From assembly GCF_026210795.1 (NCBI RefSeq), contig NC_089429.1:7378001-7442000 (forward strand): 64,000 nucleotides of DNA, read 5' to 3'. The translations under genes and the position numbers were made by a program. Each line of letters starts with the position of its first letter. Positions within the stretch are counted from its first letter, which is position 1. Of this stretch, positions 1 through 13,855 are shown piece after piece. The notes below the pieces were generated by a model. That model was given only the letters and a program-made list of their open reading frames with translations, did not search any database and had not been told where the DNA came from. Source of the stretch: Rhizophagus irregularis. Its lineage: Eukaryota.

Positions 1-614
1 ATATACTAATTTTAATACATATAAGCATATTTTTAGAATAGCCTTATTAATCTGATATAGATTAAATTGACATATATTTTAAAATTAATATATGATCTAA
101 ATTATCAGTTTATTTTAATAATATTTTAAAATTATATAAATGATACTTTTCTTATATAATTAATCATACTAATTTGAAATATATATTGTTTTAGTTATAA
201 TAAATTTAACTAATTGATTCAGGTAAAAGGTATATCAATAATATATTAAATTATTAATTCTAATCAAATGTTCTAAATAGAAGGATGTGTCAAATTTCAA
301 AAATGCGCTTATATGAATAATTATTATCTTATATTAGAGAGAAAAAAGATAGTAACATAGAGAAAAAATAAGAGCAAGTAATAAATCATGAATGTGAAGT
401 AAATGAGATTTAGATATTAAAGAAAAACAAATTTGAGATTGAGAAATAATGGTAAAAAAGTTAGTAAAATGGAGCAATAACATTGAAGCTGATAGTGATT
501 AAAAAAAATATTACAAAAACAGATAGATATATATTATAATTACTTTAAGAATAAATTATGAATTTTAACTTTTTTTATAATTTATATAAATCTTATTAGT
601 GGTTCTATTGAGAG

Positions 615-1256
615 TAGAGTTTGGAATTGATTAAGGTTAATCAATTAATTAATCAACTAAGATGGTTAATTGATTAAAGTATTTTAAAAATTGGTTAATC
701 GATTAAAGTATCTCAAAAATCAGTTAATTGATTAAAATTATCAACTCATAATTCTGGTCAAATTATCTAATGCAGCAGGCCCTGCTTACTTATAATAAAG
801 GTCACTATAAAAAATTGGCCTTTTACTAATAGTTTTTACCTTACTTTTTTTTTAAATTCTATTGGTTAATTAGCTAAAAAGGAAAAAAATCATAACAATG
901 TAACCTAAAATTTCCTTTTATAATAGGATTTATAAAGAATTTTATATATGATTTTTATCTTAGACCTGGAGGTGACCTATCTTATAAGTAAGTGAGGTCC
1001 TAATGCAGCCCAGAGCTGTGAATTTTTGGTCATATATTCTCTGAACTTAGAAGAATTTGTATTAATTTTTTAATGATAATTATAATAAATAAGACTTTCT
1101 TATAACTAAATGTATGATCAATAACAATTTGATGCAATCTGCGGTCAAAAAAAAAAAATTTTTAATATTTTAATATTAATCGATTATTAATCGATTAGGA
1201 CCCTTAATTAATCAATTATTAATCGATTAAGGTTTTTTGGTTGGTTCCAACCTCTA
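615..1256. mobile_element. Non-autonomous hAT-like element (MITE)
   Basis: Imperfect TIRs TAGAGTTTGGAA / TTCCAACCTCTA; degenerate 8-bp TSD ATTGAGAG/GTTCAGAG; subterminal TTAATCGATTAA repeats at both ends. Confidence 0.7.
777..1000. mobile_element. Mutator-like MITE nested in the hAT element
   Basis: Perfect 9-bp TSD TAATGCAGC (768-776, 1001-1009); ~29-bp imperfect TIRs sharing CTTACTTATAA..A.AGGTCAC. Confidence 0.75.
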
Positions 1257-1923
1257 GTTCAGAGCATATAAATTAGCTATAAATAAGGCAAATAGGTTGC
1301 AAGAAGTCAAGAACAGCAAGAAATTGAGCTTAAGTAACATCAATTATAGATACTTAAAAAAAAAGAAAGTAGTGTAAAAAAAGCTATGAAAGCAGAATTA
1401 AACAATGAAAAGAAATTTTAACGTTTGCCACAGTTGGTACTTTACAAAAAATAGTGTTAAATTAAAATTAACTCTTGATCTTATATTAAAATATTATATA
1501 GCATTAATAGTCCTAACTAAAAAATGATGAAGAAGATATTAAAGTCAAAATGTAAATATTGAATTTTAGTTTCTTTAAAATATAGTAATAATAAAAACAA
1601 TGAAAACAGAGTCAAAGAAAGGAAAAAGAAAATTAGTTAAAGAATTAGTAGCAATTATTATATCAATGAATAAAAAAAGACTTCAGTTTGAATTGGAATG
1701 TTAAATGAAAGGAATTAAATGAGATAAGTTTCATATGTAATTCATAATTTTCATTTTATAACAGAATATTCTTAACAAAAAGTTACAGCTATTTGTAAGT
1801 AAAAAAATTGTTGAATATCTTAATGTACAAGAAGATGAATTAGTTTCTTTTATTATTGATCATTTATGTAATAAAAAGTCAACTGAAAATTTAACCAAAA
1901 AAATGATAATAGTATGTTGTAAA

Positions 1924-2878
1924 TAAAGATGTTAGCTATAACTGTAATATTAAGACACAGTGTCGTATGTAATAGGTTGCAACCTATCTACATTAAAAAG
2001 CAAAAGTTGTAATGCTGTAATTAGGTTGTAATGCCATAATTAGGTCGTAATACTGTAATTAGGTCTTAATGCCGTAACTAATCCGTAATGCCGTAATTCC
2101 GAAATTACGTATGTAATTTCGGCCAGAATTATGCACTTAATTTTAGCAGAAATTAACAAATATCCTAAAAAGGAAAGTGTTGTTACACAAAATTCCAGTG
2201 TCGTTCCCACTAAAATCAATTTTTGTGGAACGGCTATCGCCAAAAAAGGAAAGATCTGCATTCCCGTTTTGGCTGAATTATGATTTTCGGCTGAAATTAC
2301 ATGTTTAAGTGAAATTACGTTAATTTCGGCCGGAATTATATTTCGGATTTCGGATTTCGGATTTTAGGAAATATGTGACCGTGTAATTTCAATTTTAAGG
2401 GGTAAATAATATCAAAAATAATAATAATAATAATTTTTTTTTTTGTAAAAAAGTTTATATGTAAATTATGCATAAAATCATAAATTTTTTGAAAAAAACT
2501 TAATATTTCCCACCTTTCACCTCCGACCACCCACCCCTAGGGATTTTAGTTCATTATATAATTTTTTTCTTTACACGAACGCGTATATAAAATACAAAAA
2601 AAAATGTGACGCGTCTTATGTACCCCCTAAAAATTAAAATTACACGACATATAAACTATTGTAATTTACTTTTATAATTCATTACTTTTATTTTAAATTT
2701 TTATGCCATTAAAAATTACGACATTACAGCCTAATTATAGCATTGCAACCTAATTACAGCATTACGACCCAATTACAGCATTACGGCCTAATTACAGTAT
2801 TACGAAAAGTGTCATAACTGTAATGCTGTATGCTGTAATATTACGGCATCGGCTAATTAATTACGGCTAACATCTTTA
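1924..2878. mobile_element. Non-autonomous hAT element in an intron of the RBM25-like pseudogene
   Basis: 13-bp TIR TAAAGATGTTAGC / GCTAACATCTTTA; perfect 8-bp TSD GTTGTAAA (1916-1923, 2879-2886); inverted subterminal GTAATGCCGTAATTA-like arrays. Confidence 0.9.
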
Positions 2879-3794
2879 GTTGTAAATTACTATTTGCATT
2901 AAATATCAAAAAGTAATTAACAAGCCAAATCATTAATTTTTTATATTCTTTGATTTATATATAGACTTTAGATGAAGAATCTGAACTATTTGACAAATAT
3001 CAAAAATATTTAATAAATACACTTATTATATATATTGCCAAAATATTCCAGCTATTTTGTTCATATGATAAACTTTTTAAAGCAAAATCATCTGATTTTA
3101 TAGATTTGGCTAAAATTAGACTTTAAATAGGTTAATCTGGATCTAAAGAATCTACAAAAGAACTTTTGAGGAATTTTGATCAACTTACATAATTTTAGTA
3201 AAGCTCTAGAATTTCGAATAACCTATATTTAATATATGGCTAAAACTTTAAAGTCTGATTTAAAATTATTGCAAATTATATTAAAATTTTCTGAAGTTTG
3301 CTAAAGTTTCTGCAAATCTGGCTCAAATTATTTGAGGTTTAAAAAAATTTATTGATATATCTACAAATAACTATATTCTGAAGCTGAAATATGACCGAAA
3401 TTAAAAAAAATTTTGGCAATATGTATAACACTTATGGGCAGTGTAAACGGTCGAATATCAAGCATGAAAAGATGATAAAATTCAATCACCAAATATAATT
3501 GCCAAATATTAAGAACGAACAAATTAATTATGAATTGACGTAGATGGATAAATGATTAGCCGAAAAGGATAAACATTTAGGAAGAGTAATGATCTACATG
3601 ATGTAATATTTATCGAATGATTAACAAGGAACCAATAGATTGAGTAAGGAGTCGATCAATTGCAGCTTAGCAACCAGTTTATTGAGTTCAACAATAAGAA
3701 TAATTGGAAAGAATAATTATAAGCCACAAAAGGTAAATCATATAAAATGGAGGGATAGCGGATTAAAGGAACACACATAATGAAAATACATAAA

Positions 3795-4140
3795 AACAAT
3801 AATATAAAAGATAATATGGAAAGATAATATGAAAAGATAATATAAAAGATAATATAAAAGATAATATAAAAGATAATACGAAAAGATATAAGCCACAAAA
3901 GATGGAATATAATATATTAAAAATAGAAATATATTGAAAGATAGTGTATTAAAAAGACGGAACATGAAAGATAATATAGAAATATATTGAAAGATAACAT
4001 ATTAAAGATAGTGTATTAAAATAGTATATTAAAAGATAGCATATTAAAAGATAGCGTATTTAAAATATAGATAGCATATTAGAAAGATAGTTCAAAGATA
4101 ATATGTAAAAAGAACATAAAAGATAGTATATAGATAGCAC
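3795..4140. repeat. Degenerate 12-13 bp minisatellite (AAAGATAATATA-like)
   Basis: Near-perfect copies at ~3800-3890 that decay to AAAGATAG-type units up to ~4140. Confidence 0.8.
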
Positions 4141-5585
4141 ATATTAGAATAGAAAGTATCATAAAATTTGTTTAAATAGAGAGCGGAATTCAAAGCGAAT
4201 TCCACAGTTGTTCAGTTAGTTAGTTTCGGAATAACTCAATAAAAATATAAGTTTCATTTAATTATTTGTTAGTAAAGTTTAATATTAATTAAAGGTAATA
4301 GGTTCGCCCTAAACTTTAATTAATATTTGCTTAATTAATTTTAATTAAATTTTAAGATGAATTAAATATACACTTTGAAAAGTAATAATTCGTAGCGAGA
4401 GCTATTGAAGTTTGAAATTAAAGGTAAAGTGGATAAAAATTGATGAAAATTTAGAGAAGTTAAATTTTATTTTATATCACTTGATGTTTTATATTACTAA
4501 CGCTATTTATGTTGTGAACCAAGAATGTTGTTGTATATTGTTGTTATATGTTATTGCATGTTGTTCGTTGATTATGTTGTTGTTAATTATGCTGTTGATT
4601 ATTTGCTTGTTCGTTTATTTGTTCGTTCATTCGATTATTCGTTCGTTCGACCATGAGAATGTCCGTTTGATGTGGCAACTTTGTAAATTGATGACAGAGG
4701 GAATAGGGGGATCTCAGCAGTGTTGTACATTTTTAATGTTTGCAACTTTTTTTGGTTATTCTGAACATATCTGTGCTCTGTCCATACTCTTATATAACTT
4801 AAAATTCTTTACAAAAATTATATATATTTATGTATAATTGGATGTTAAACATTTTTGCTAAGTATCAAATAAGGTTATCATAAAAAAATTTGAGAGGTTA
4901 TCATTTTTTTGTGTAACATATTTCAGACATTATTTTGTGATAACACTGCTTATAGGTCATTATATAAGGTATACTTTTATCAATTAAAGATGTATATTCA
5001 TTAGATAAAAATGCAGTAAACCTTTTTTATTTGATTAAGATTCTTAAAATTTTAAATATCATTTAAAAGTTTGGTTCAATTATATGATTATCTTTAGCTT
5101 CATTTATTTTAAATATTAATAATATTTTTTTTAGAGAAGTAGAATCATATGTTTATATATTACTTGTCAATATTTTTTATTTAGTTACTAGAATTATTTT
5201 AAATCATATTTTTAAAAAATATTAAATAATTTTATTTAAAAAATTTTAAACTTCTTTCTTTATTTAATCAAAGTAATTTTGCAACTGAATTTAAATGTTG
5301 TATTAGTATATTAAATGGTTTTAATAAATATAGTAATAGAATATAAATTTTTCTATTCAATCATTAAAAAATTTTAAAAAATATATATATATTATTTATT
5401 AAAAATGTCTAAATATTTTTTTAATAATTTTCATTAAAGGTTTATCTTTTTCTTGAGAGATGACAAACTTATTATCAACCAACACATAATAAGAGAAATT
5501 GAATTGGCTAAATATGCTTTTAAAAATTGAGAAATACACTGTATAGTTATCACATATATATGTCTAATAATACATAGTTTATGAT

Positions 5586-5751
5586 AGGTAAATAGATAAA
5601 CTGTACTGTATAAAAATATTTTAGCTAATCATAACTCATTGTATACTTTTCAAATTTTTTTTATTTATCATACAATAAAATCTGATTGGTGAGTTCTTAC
5701 TTTGTACAGTACAGTTTAGCTAACTATACAGTACAGTTTATATGTATACTC
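5586..5751. mobile_element. MITE
   Basis: Inverted ATAAACTGTACTGTATA arms; direct repeat TTTATGAT at 5578-5585 and 5752-5759; absent from the paralogous copy near 11460. Confidence 0.7.
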
Positions 5752-6300
5752 TTTATGATTCCTTAAAAATATTTGTCATAATAGATCTGGTTTATTTAGA
5801 TTATCACTTAGTTGAAATATTGAAATATTCACAGTAGATAATTTTACTGAAATGGTATATTTGATCATTATTTCTTTAATCGAAAGATCAATAATTTCAT
5901 TAATAGCTAGCTTTGTTATTTTAATTATAGAATAACCATATTCAGTACCTACAGTTATTAAAAAGAAAATATTAAACAAATATACTGTATATATATATTC
6001 TATAAAAAATTCCAGAAAAATGATCTTGTATCTGAATTTCTTTAGAATAAAAACTAGAAAAATAATCATTTACTACAGAAATTTTTATAAAAATGTAAAA
6101 AAAGAAAAGAAATTAAAAGTTTACTTTGATTATTTAATTTTAGTATAAATTTTAATAAAAACTTTAATTTATTATTATTCTGATTCTTTATTTTAACAAT
6201 AGTATTATTTAGATAAAATATATTAAAATGAAAGAACTTTAGTCTAAAAGATTTCTGTGATTGCATATAATTATCATTATCATTTAAAAGATAAGAATTC

Positions 6301-6417
6301 TATACATGCTGCCCAAATTATTTTGGGATATCATAATTATAATTTGGGATGTTATAATTGAGTTTGGAATTTTACTTATAATTATGGTAGCCCAAAATAA
6401 TTTGGGTGGCATGTATA
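6301..6417. mobile_element. Short MITE with 8-bp TSD
   Basis: 27-bp TIR TATACATGCTGCCCAAATTATTTTGGG / CCCAAAATAATTTGGGTGGCATGTATA; TSD AAGAATTC (6293-6300, 6418-6425). Confidence 0.85.
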
Positions 6418-8353
6418 AAGAATTCATTATACTGCGAATATTCTATAAAAATTTCTTATAATATAAAATTTTTCAAATTAATATCTGTATTATTTGTTGA
6501 ATTAGAAATTTTATTTAATTATTCTAAGACTCCAGTTGATAAAAATCTTGAACTGATGGTAATTTATTTCAGTTTAAAATTTATTATTCTTCTTATTCAT
6601 AACTGTATTATTTAATATCATAATATATATATATATTAATATTATAAGTTATAGTACATAAATTAGTTGTTATATTATTTAATCTTTTAGTGATTTGGTA
6701 AACCAGATAAGATATTGTAAGGGAATCTGCATCTTCTCTTAAAAAAGATACATATACTTTTCAGTATTGAAGATTTGGATCAGATTTTTTTATTTCATCA
6801 TATTTTAAAATATACATAAAACTAAGTCTTTTATTTATTAATAAAAAATTTAAACTATTAACTAAGATATATGATAATAGATTTAATGTATGAAATTTAT
6901 CATTTTTACGTTCTATTACTTCTCCTGTTATAATATCTCTAAAATAAGGTGAAAAAATTAATCAATTAAACAATAAAATATTTTTAAAAAAAAACTAATT
7001 ATTACTATTTATAAAAATACTTACAGAAGGCTAAATTAATATTATTACTATTCCTTTTTTATCTGATTTTTCAATACTAATAAACCCTTTATATGATACT
7101 ATACTATGTTCAACAAATTTGTTAGCATTTTCTAAATATATTCGCCAAAAAAAATTATTATTAATCACTATTATTAACTTTTATTAATAAGAATTTCCAT
7201 TATTTAAACTTACTTTATAGACTTATTATTATAATTAATTATTATGCTATATTTTTTTTAATACCATTATTTAATTTAATATAAATTATCATTGCATGAT
7301 TATTAGTTAAAGGTAAAATATTCATATTAATGGAACAAATTGCTTCTACAGAAGAAATGTAATTAAAATCCATATATTTTATTTTTTTATTTTATTTATA
7401 AATTGTAGATATAAATAAGGTAGTATACATGCTGGATCTTCATCTTTGAAAGCAATTTACATCATCAAATAATCATCTAAATTAAAAATGTAAGTATTAT
7501 GTAATTTTAATCTATTAATTGGTTCTTTATAAATAAATAATACATTTTGGGTTAATATATCTTGAAAGGATGTAATTTAAGATGCATTTTGTAATGATAT
7601 GTTTTGAGAAGAAGATAGTATAATTTAAGATAAGACAGACAAGTAATAGATGAATAGTATTAAACAGATAAAGGTGATCAATACCTTTAAATTGAATATT
7701 TTTATTAAAAGACTTGAAAAATGATAAATTTTTTACTTGGAAGGATTATAGAATAACAAAGTATTTATATATGTTTTTTTGTTATTATAATCTTAATTTA
7801 TTTATTAACTATTAATAACTTTTTCTTTTTAATAAACATGTTTTAAAAAAAAAAAAATTCAAAGCATTTCCATTATTATATTACCAAATTTGTATTTTAA
7901 AATATTACTTTATTCACATATATAAAAAAATGTGATGATTAATATAATACATATGGTCTTTTTTTATTTGCAAAGAATTTTTTACAAAAGCTTTTATTAA
8001 TATAATATGTTAATTTTTAACTATAAAAACTGTGAAAAATATACTATAAAAATTTGAACTAATTTATTAAAGTTAATTAGTAATTTAAATAGAAAAATTA
8101 ATTGTTTATATTTGACACTTTTTGAAAGTAATTCAAAACCCAGTATTTGGTAAGCATATGCATTTGGTATTAAAGGTATTTATTACCTTGTATAAATAAA
8201 TTTTGGAAGAAATAATTAAACTATAAGCACTGGGATCAATAAACTTAAACATATAGTAAATTATGCACACAAATAATATTCTGAAAATAGAACAAAATAT
8301 TAAATTTTTTAAATTTTATTATAATTTTTGTAATAAAATTATGATATCACTGC

Positions 8354-8598
8354 TAAGGTTGCTGGAGAAACTAGGGGGTTTTGGCAAGTTGATGAAATGC
8401 CGAAATAGCAAAACTTTGCTGAAACTATATGAAAGTCTTATTAAAAAGTTAGCGAAACTCTGGAGAAAAGTGAAACTTGACGAAACTTATTATAAATGCT
8501 GAAACTGCCAAAACCTTGCTAAAACTATAATAAAACTATAGTAAAATCTTAGAAAAACTAATCGTAGAATTTTGGAGAGGTTTAGGCAGGCAACCTTA
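8354..8598. mobile_element. hAT MITE
   Basis: TIR TAAGGTTGC / GCAACCTTA; perfect 8-bp TSD ATCACTGC; the empty site, with a single ATCACTGC, is in the duplicate copy at ~9939. Confidence 0.92.
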
Positions 8599-9552
8599 AT
8601 CACTGCTAATATAATTATTGGGTGCAAAATGGCACAATAAATAAACCAATTTGCTGATATTTTAACATATTATTTCTCATTTAGTATTGTACTTAGAGAT
8701 ATGAAACCATTACTATTTGTAAGACAACTCTAATGAAGTAGAACAGTATTGCAAGAAAATGGAAGGATATTTATAAAAGTTTATCTTTTTAGCGTAAAAT
8801 AATAATAAAGAGTGAATCAATTTTTAACATGAGACATTCCTATTGTTTAATTATCATAATCACACTTAAAAAAATTAAAAAATATTTTACAATCTATTTA
8901 CTATATATTTTTTCATCTAATTAGATTTTTTAAAATCACAAGATTTTTTTTCTTTAATTTTTAAATCCCAATAATATTAAATTAATAGTACTAAAAATTA
9001 AAATATTTTACAATCTATTTATTATATATTTTTTAAAATGAAACAGATAAGCAATAGATAAATAGTATTAAACAGATAAAGGTGATCAATACCTTTGAAT
9101 TGAATATTTTTATTAAAAGACTTGAAAAATGATAAATTTTTTACTTGAAAGAATTACAGAACAACAGAACATTTATATATGTTTTTTTGTTATTATAATT
9201 TTAATTTATTTATTAACTATTAATAACTTTTTCTTTTTAATAAACATGTTTCAAAAAAAAAAAATTCAAAGTATTTCTATTATTATACTACCAAATTTGT
9301 ATTTTAAAATATTACTTTATTCACATACATAAAAAAATGTGGTGATCAATATAATATACATGATCTTTTTTTATTTGCAAAGAATTTTTTACAGAAGCTT
9401 TTATTAATATAATATGTTAATTTTTAATTATAAAAACTGTGAAAAGTATGCTATAGAAATTTGAACTAATTTATTAAAGTTAATTAGTAATTTAAATAGA
9501 AAAATTAATTGTTTATGTCTGATACTTTTTAAAAGTAATTCAAAACCTAATA

Positions 9553-9736
9553 CAGTCAGAACTCGATATACCGATATTCGATATACCGATACATTATTAA
9601 AAACTTGATTTACTGATAAAATTTTACATTTCCACTATATGTGAGGACATATAAATATCGGTATAATTTGATATAACGATATTTTTTAAATTTTTTCTTA
9701 TGAGTCCCGACATATCGTTATATAAAGGTTTGACTG
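9553..9736. mobile_element. Tc1/mariner (pogo-like) MITE
   Basis: TA TSD; imperfect TIRs CAGTCAGAACTCGATATACCGATA / TATCGTTATATAAAGGTTTGACTG; empty site in the other duplicate copy at ~8143. Confidence 0.9.
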
Positions 9737-10479
9737 TATTTGGTAAGCACATGCATTTGGTATCAAAGGTGTTTATTACCTTGTATAAATAAATTTTGGA
9801 AGAAATAATTAAACTATAAGCATTGGGATCAATAAACTTAAACATATAGTAAATTATGCATACAAATAATATTTTGAAAATAGAACAAACTATTAAATTT
9901 TTTAAATTTCATTATAATTTTGATGATAAAATTATGATATCACTGCTGGTATAATTATTGGGTGCAAAATGGCACAATAAATAAACCAATTTGCTAATAT
10001 TTTGACATATTATTCCTCATTTAGTATTGTACTTAGAGATATGAAACTATTACTATTTGTAAGACAACTCTAATAAAGTAAAATAGTATTGCAAGGAAAT
10101 GGAAGGATATTCATAAAAGTTTGTCTTTTTTTAGCATAAAACAATAATAAAGAGTGAATCAATTTTTAACATGAAACATTCCTATTATTTAATTGTCATA
10201 ATCACACTTAAAAAATTAAAAAATATTTTACAATCTATTTACTATATATTTTTTCATCTAATTAGATTTTTAAAATTACAAGATTTTTTTTCTTTAATTT
10301 TCAAGTCTAAATAATATTAAATTAATAGTACTAAAAATTAAAATATTTTACAATTTATTTACTATATTTTTTATATTTAATTTAACATTCAATCTTATCT
10401 GCCACTTCTTTAAAGAAATGGCAAATAAATGTCAATATTTATTATATTCTTTAATTTTATTGTGTCAATGATTCCATCT

Positions 10480-12040
10480 TAATAACACATAATATGATCT
10501 TAAAATTAATTTATTTATTATAAGTCTATAACTAATTCACCAGATGCAAGCGCAAGAGATGGAATAAGATCATATGTTATAACACTATTGTAATATAACT
10601 CTTGAATAATGATTTGAGATATATCTTCAATAAAGATATTTATGATACTATCCCAAAGCATTATTTTTTTTGATCTTTAAATTAAAGAGTCAAAAATATT
10701 TTAAGGCCAAATAAATCTAATAATAAAGTATTTATTAATGGCTAAAAGTAGTGTGTACATTAGAGATCCACTTAGGAACGATGGATTCATTGCCATTTTA
10801 GATACAAAAATATTTATGGCTAATAAAATATTGATTACAATAGGTAAAACAAAGAATATCATACATACTATATAATAATAAATAAGAAAATTAGTAATCA
10901 ATTGAATTAATTTTTAAAATAGTATAAATAAAATAATATTAAATGAAATTTCTTACGTTGAAATTATCAAATATGATGTATTTTTAACCTTTAATAATAT
11001 GAATGCTAGATCAGCAAAATCTTGTATGGATATAGGATCATATTTCCATTTACCACTTGTTGATTCAGTTACTGGAATTATTTTAAAAAATTTTTGAATC
11101 ATATTTTTGAAAAATATTGAATGATTCATTTGGAGAAATTTCAAACTTCCTCCCTCATTTAATCGAAGTAATCCTGTAACTGAATCTGAATGTTGCGCCA
11201 TTTTAAGTGGTTCTAAATATAGTAACAAAATATAAATTTTCTATTTATCATTAAAAAATTTTTTTTAAAAAAAAAAATGTATATTACTTGTTAAAAACAT
11301 CCAAATTTTCCCTTTAATTCCAAATAAAGGTTCATCTCTTTCTTGAGAGATGACAAAATTATTTTCAACAAAAACATAATAGGTAGAATTCTGTTGGTTG
11401 AATGTACTTTCAAAAATTGGAATATGTACTGTATAGTTATCGCTTCCAATGGTACATAGTTTAGAATCTCCTGAAAATGTTTGTCGTAATAGATCTGGTT
11501 TATCTAGATCATCATTTAGTTGAAATATTGAAACATTCACAGTAGATAACTTTACTGGAATGGTATATTTGATCATTATTTCTTTGATTGAAGGATCAGC
11601 TGGCATTACAAGACAATTAAATTCAGCATCTACAGATAAAAAAAATTATTATAAATCTATATATGTATTAAAAGAAAGAAAAGAAATTAAAAGCTTACTT
11701 TGATTATTTAATCTTAGTAAAGGTTTGAATAAAAATTCTATTTTATTTTTGGTCCGTTCCTTTACTCCAAAAATAGAATTATTCATCTGAAATGTATTAT
11801 AATGAAAGAACTCTGACCCGAAAGATTCTAGATGAAGAGTTTGGTTTTCTGTATATTTTAAAATATGACGAAACAAAAAGATCTTCAGTAATAAAAGATC
11901 CAAATCTTCAATACTGGAGAATTTACGTGTCATTTCTAAAAGAGAAAAAAGGTTTACCCATAACACTCTCTATTCTACTAAGGTATACGAAATTCGCCAC
12001 TACTACGTTCCACCACTTCTCCTGTTGTAATATTTCTAAA
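10480..12040 (-). pseudogene. Decayed or truncated copy B of the uncharacterised membrane-protein family
   Basis: Exon-like ORFs 11265-11606, 10953-11228 and 10701-10901 (hydrophobic TM segments) are joined by GT-AG introns, with deletions and frameshifts. Confidence 0.6.
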
Positions 12041-13855
12041 AAATACTTACGGAGTAATCACATAAATCACATTTACGATTGGCTATTGGCCGGCGCGGTG
12101 ATCATCGATCATCCAATATTTGAATTGATAATTTTTTTATTCTAGGTTGCATAGGTAAACCTATAATGCAATGAAGTCAAAAGTACAATTGTGTTGATAT
12201 AGGTTAGGTTCGATTTTTTTTAAAAAGAAAAAAGCTAAAATGTTTTTTCATGTTGATTGGATTGGAAGAAAGATAAAATCAATATTTAAAATCTCTTTAA
12301 CCGACCTTTCTAAAAGTATGCATTTTGTACTGAATTAGAATTTCTATTAAATAATTTCATAATTTCATATTAACTTGTTGGTTTTTTTTAGTTTGAATTT
12401 CAACAATTTCAACATAGGTTATCACGAATCCAATTGTAAAGCCTACTATTTATTTAACGAGGTGTGTTGAAAAAAATAATGGAAATAGCTCCATAGTGTA
12501 ATGAATCGCCTGTAAAGCAACATGATATTGTTATCAGTGGTACATCACAATCAAGCTAGTGGAAAGTATATTGACTAGTGAGTTGATTTATTCCCTGGGT
12601 ATAAGAAGTAAGAGCAGCATCTATTTTTACCTAAAGTTAAATTTAATTAATTCGCGTACTATTTAAGACCAATGTATTTCAATACAGATCTGGTGGACAT
12701 CTCACTATTGTATGTATCGGATAAGCTAATTGAACTTCAACAAACTGAATGCGAAATTTTATTTAATACGATTTATTTATTTTATTTCATTTTCTTAATC
12801 AGCTAATCATCTCGACACCCCTATTTACTCATGATTCTACGTGTTCATTCACCTAAATTGGGTTCCATTTCCTTCCATAGACCGTATTTGATTCGAAAAT
12901 AAAGAATCATCAACCCTCTTGTAGAATTTTTTGGCATTAATAATATATGAATTTAAAATTAATTTTCAAATAAAGTAATAAAAATAATGACCGACACACT
13001 GAATGCATTTTTCCTTCCATCGACTTTTTTTGAAGTTCGAGCGCTTAGAAAGCCATTGATCTCTAATCTACGATTATAGAACGAGAGTCTCCAATCATAA
13101 GAAGGAAAATGCATATTATTGTTTATATAATAACCAAAATTTTGTATCATTTATCTAATAGATCAAAGAAGATAAGAATGAAAAACATTTTTGAAATTAT
13201 TAAATAAAAGAATTAGAAATTATAATAAACGTATATCAAGATAATAGGAGTAATATTTAAGGATATGTTCAAGGTAGTAAGTAAGTAGTATTGGTAGTAG
13301 TAATGTTTTTTTGGTCAGTATCCGAGACATTTGGGTTAATAGTACTTTTAATATATAAAACTATTAATTATGGAATTACGGAAAATTGTTGTTAATTAAA
13401 AACGGTTAATATAAATATTATTTTTTTTAATTTAAGTTTTAAATGTGACGCGGATGATAAATTTTGTAACATAAATACACTTCATAAGTAAAAAAGAACG
13501 TCGCCTAATCAAAAACAATATATTTGCAACGTGCATTAAAATAACAAAATCAAATGGATATTGAATTGTCCTAAGTACGATCGAAAGAAACGCCCCTTAA
13601 TCAAACCGATAATATGTAAACCACGTAATAATTATAATTTGCGACTTAATCAAATTTTTTTTTCTTTATTCACAAGCCAAATTGTAAGCATTTCCAATAA
13701 AAACCTTGCATTACATCGGATTACAATATGGTAAGATCACTTTAATGAGGATATACAATAATTGTGTAAGGGTATTTGTGCATAGCTCCTCTTTCAAATC
13801 ATCTCAAGAATAAAGAGAATAGAGAGAAGAGAATAGAGAGAACATGTTAATTGAT

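Larger units (their letters stand above)
280..2992 (+). pseudogene. Decayed RBM25/Snu71-like splicing factor (PWI domain), interrupted by MITEs
   Basis: 1762-1910 translates ILNKKLQLFVSKKIVEYLNVQEDELVSFIIDHLCNKKSTENLTKK and continues after an intron at ~2964 as TLDEESELF, resembling the RBM25 PWI domain. Upstream charged segments (280-525, 1260-1720) are full of stops. Confidence 0.65.
5230..7267 (-). pseudogene. Decayed copy A of an uncharacterised multi-exon membrane-protein family
   Basis: 5776-5890 (SIKEIMIKYTISVKLSTVNISIFQLSDNLNKPDLL) is clearly paralogous to 11480-11600; GTAAGT donors; many stops and MITE insertions. Confidence 0.6.
7640..10375. repeat. Tandem segmental duplication (~1.1-kb core; copies ~7640-9035 and ~9045-10375)
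   Basis: Collinear high similarity, e.g. TAAACAGATAAAGGTGATCAATACCTTT at ~7661 and ~9069. Confidence 0.9.

Noticed and set aside
3656..3965. ORFs with IIFY/YYLL repeats
   Set aside because: Translations of the 12-bp minisatellite.
3370..4778. Possible Mutator-like element with long degenerate TIRs around the minisatellite
   Set aside because: Only weak inverted similarity (ATGTATAACACT / AGTGTTGTACAT) and no TSD found.
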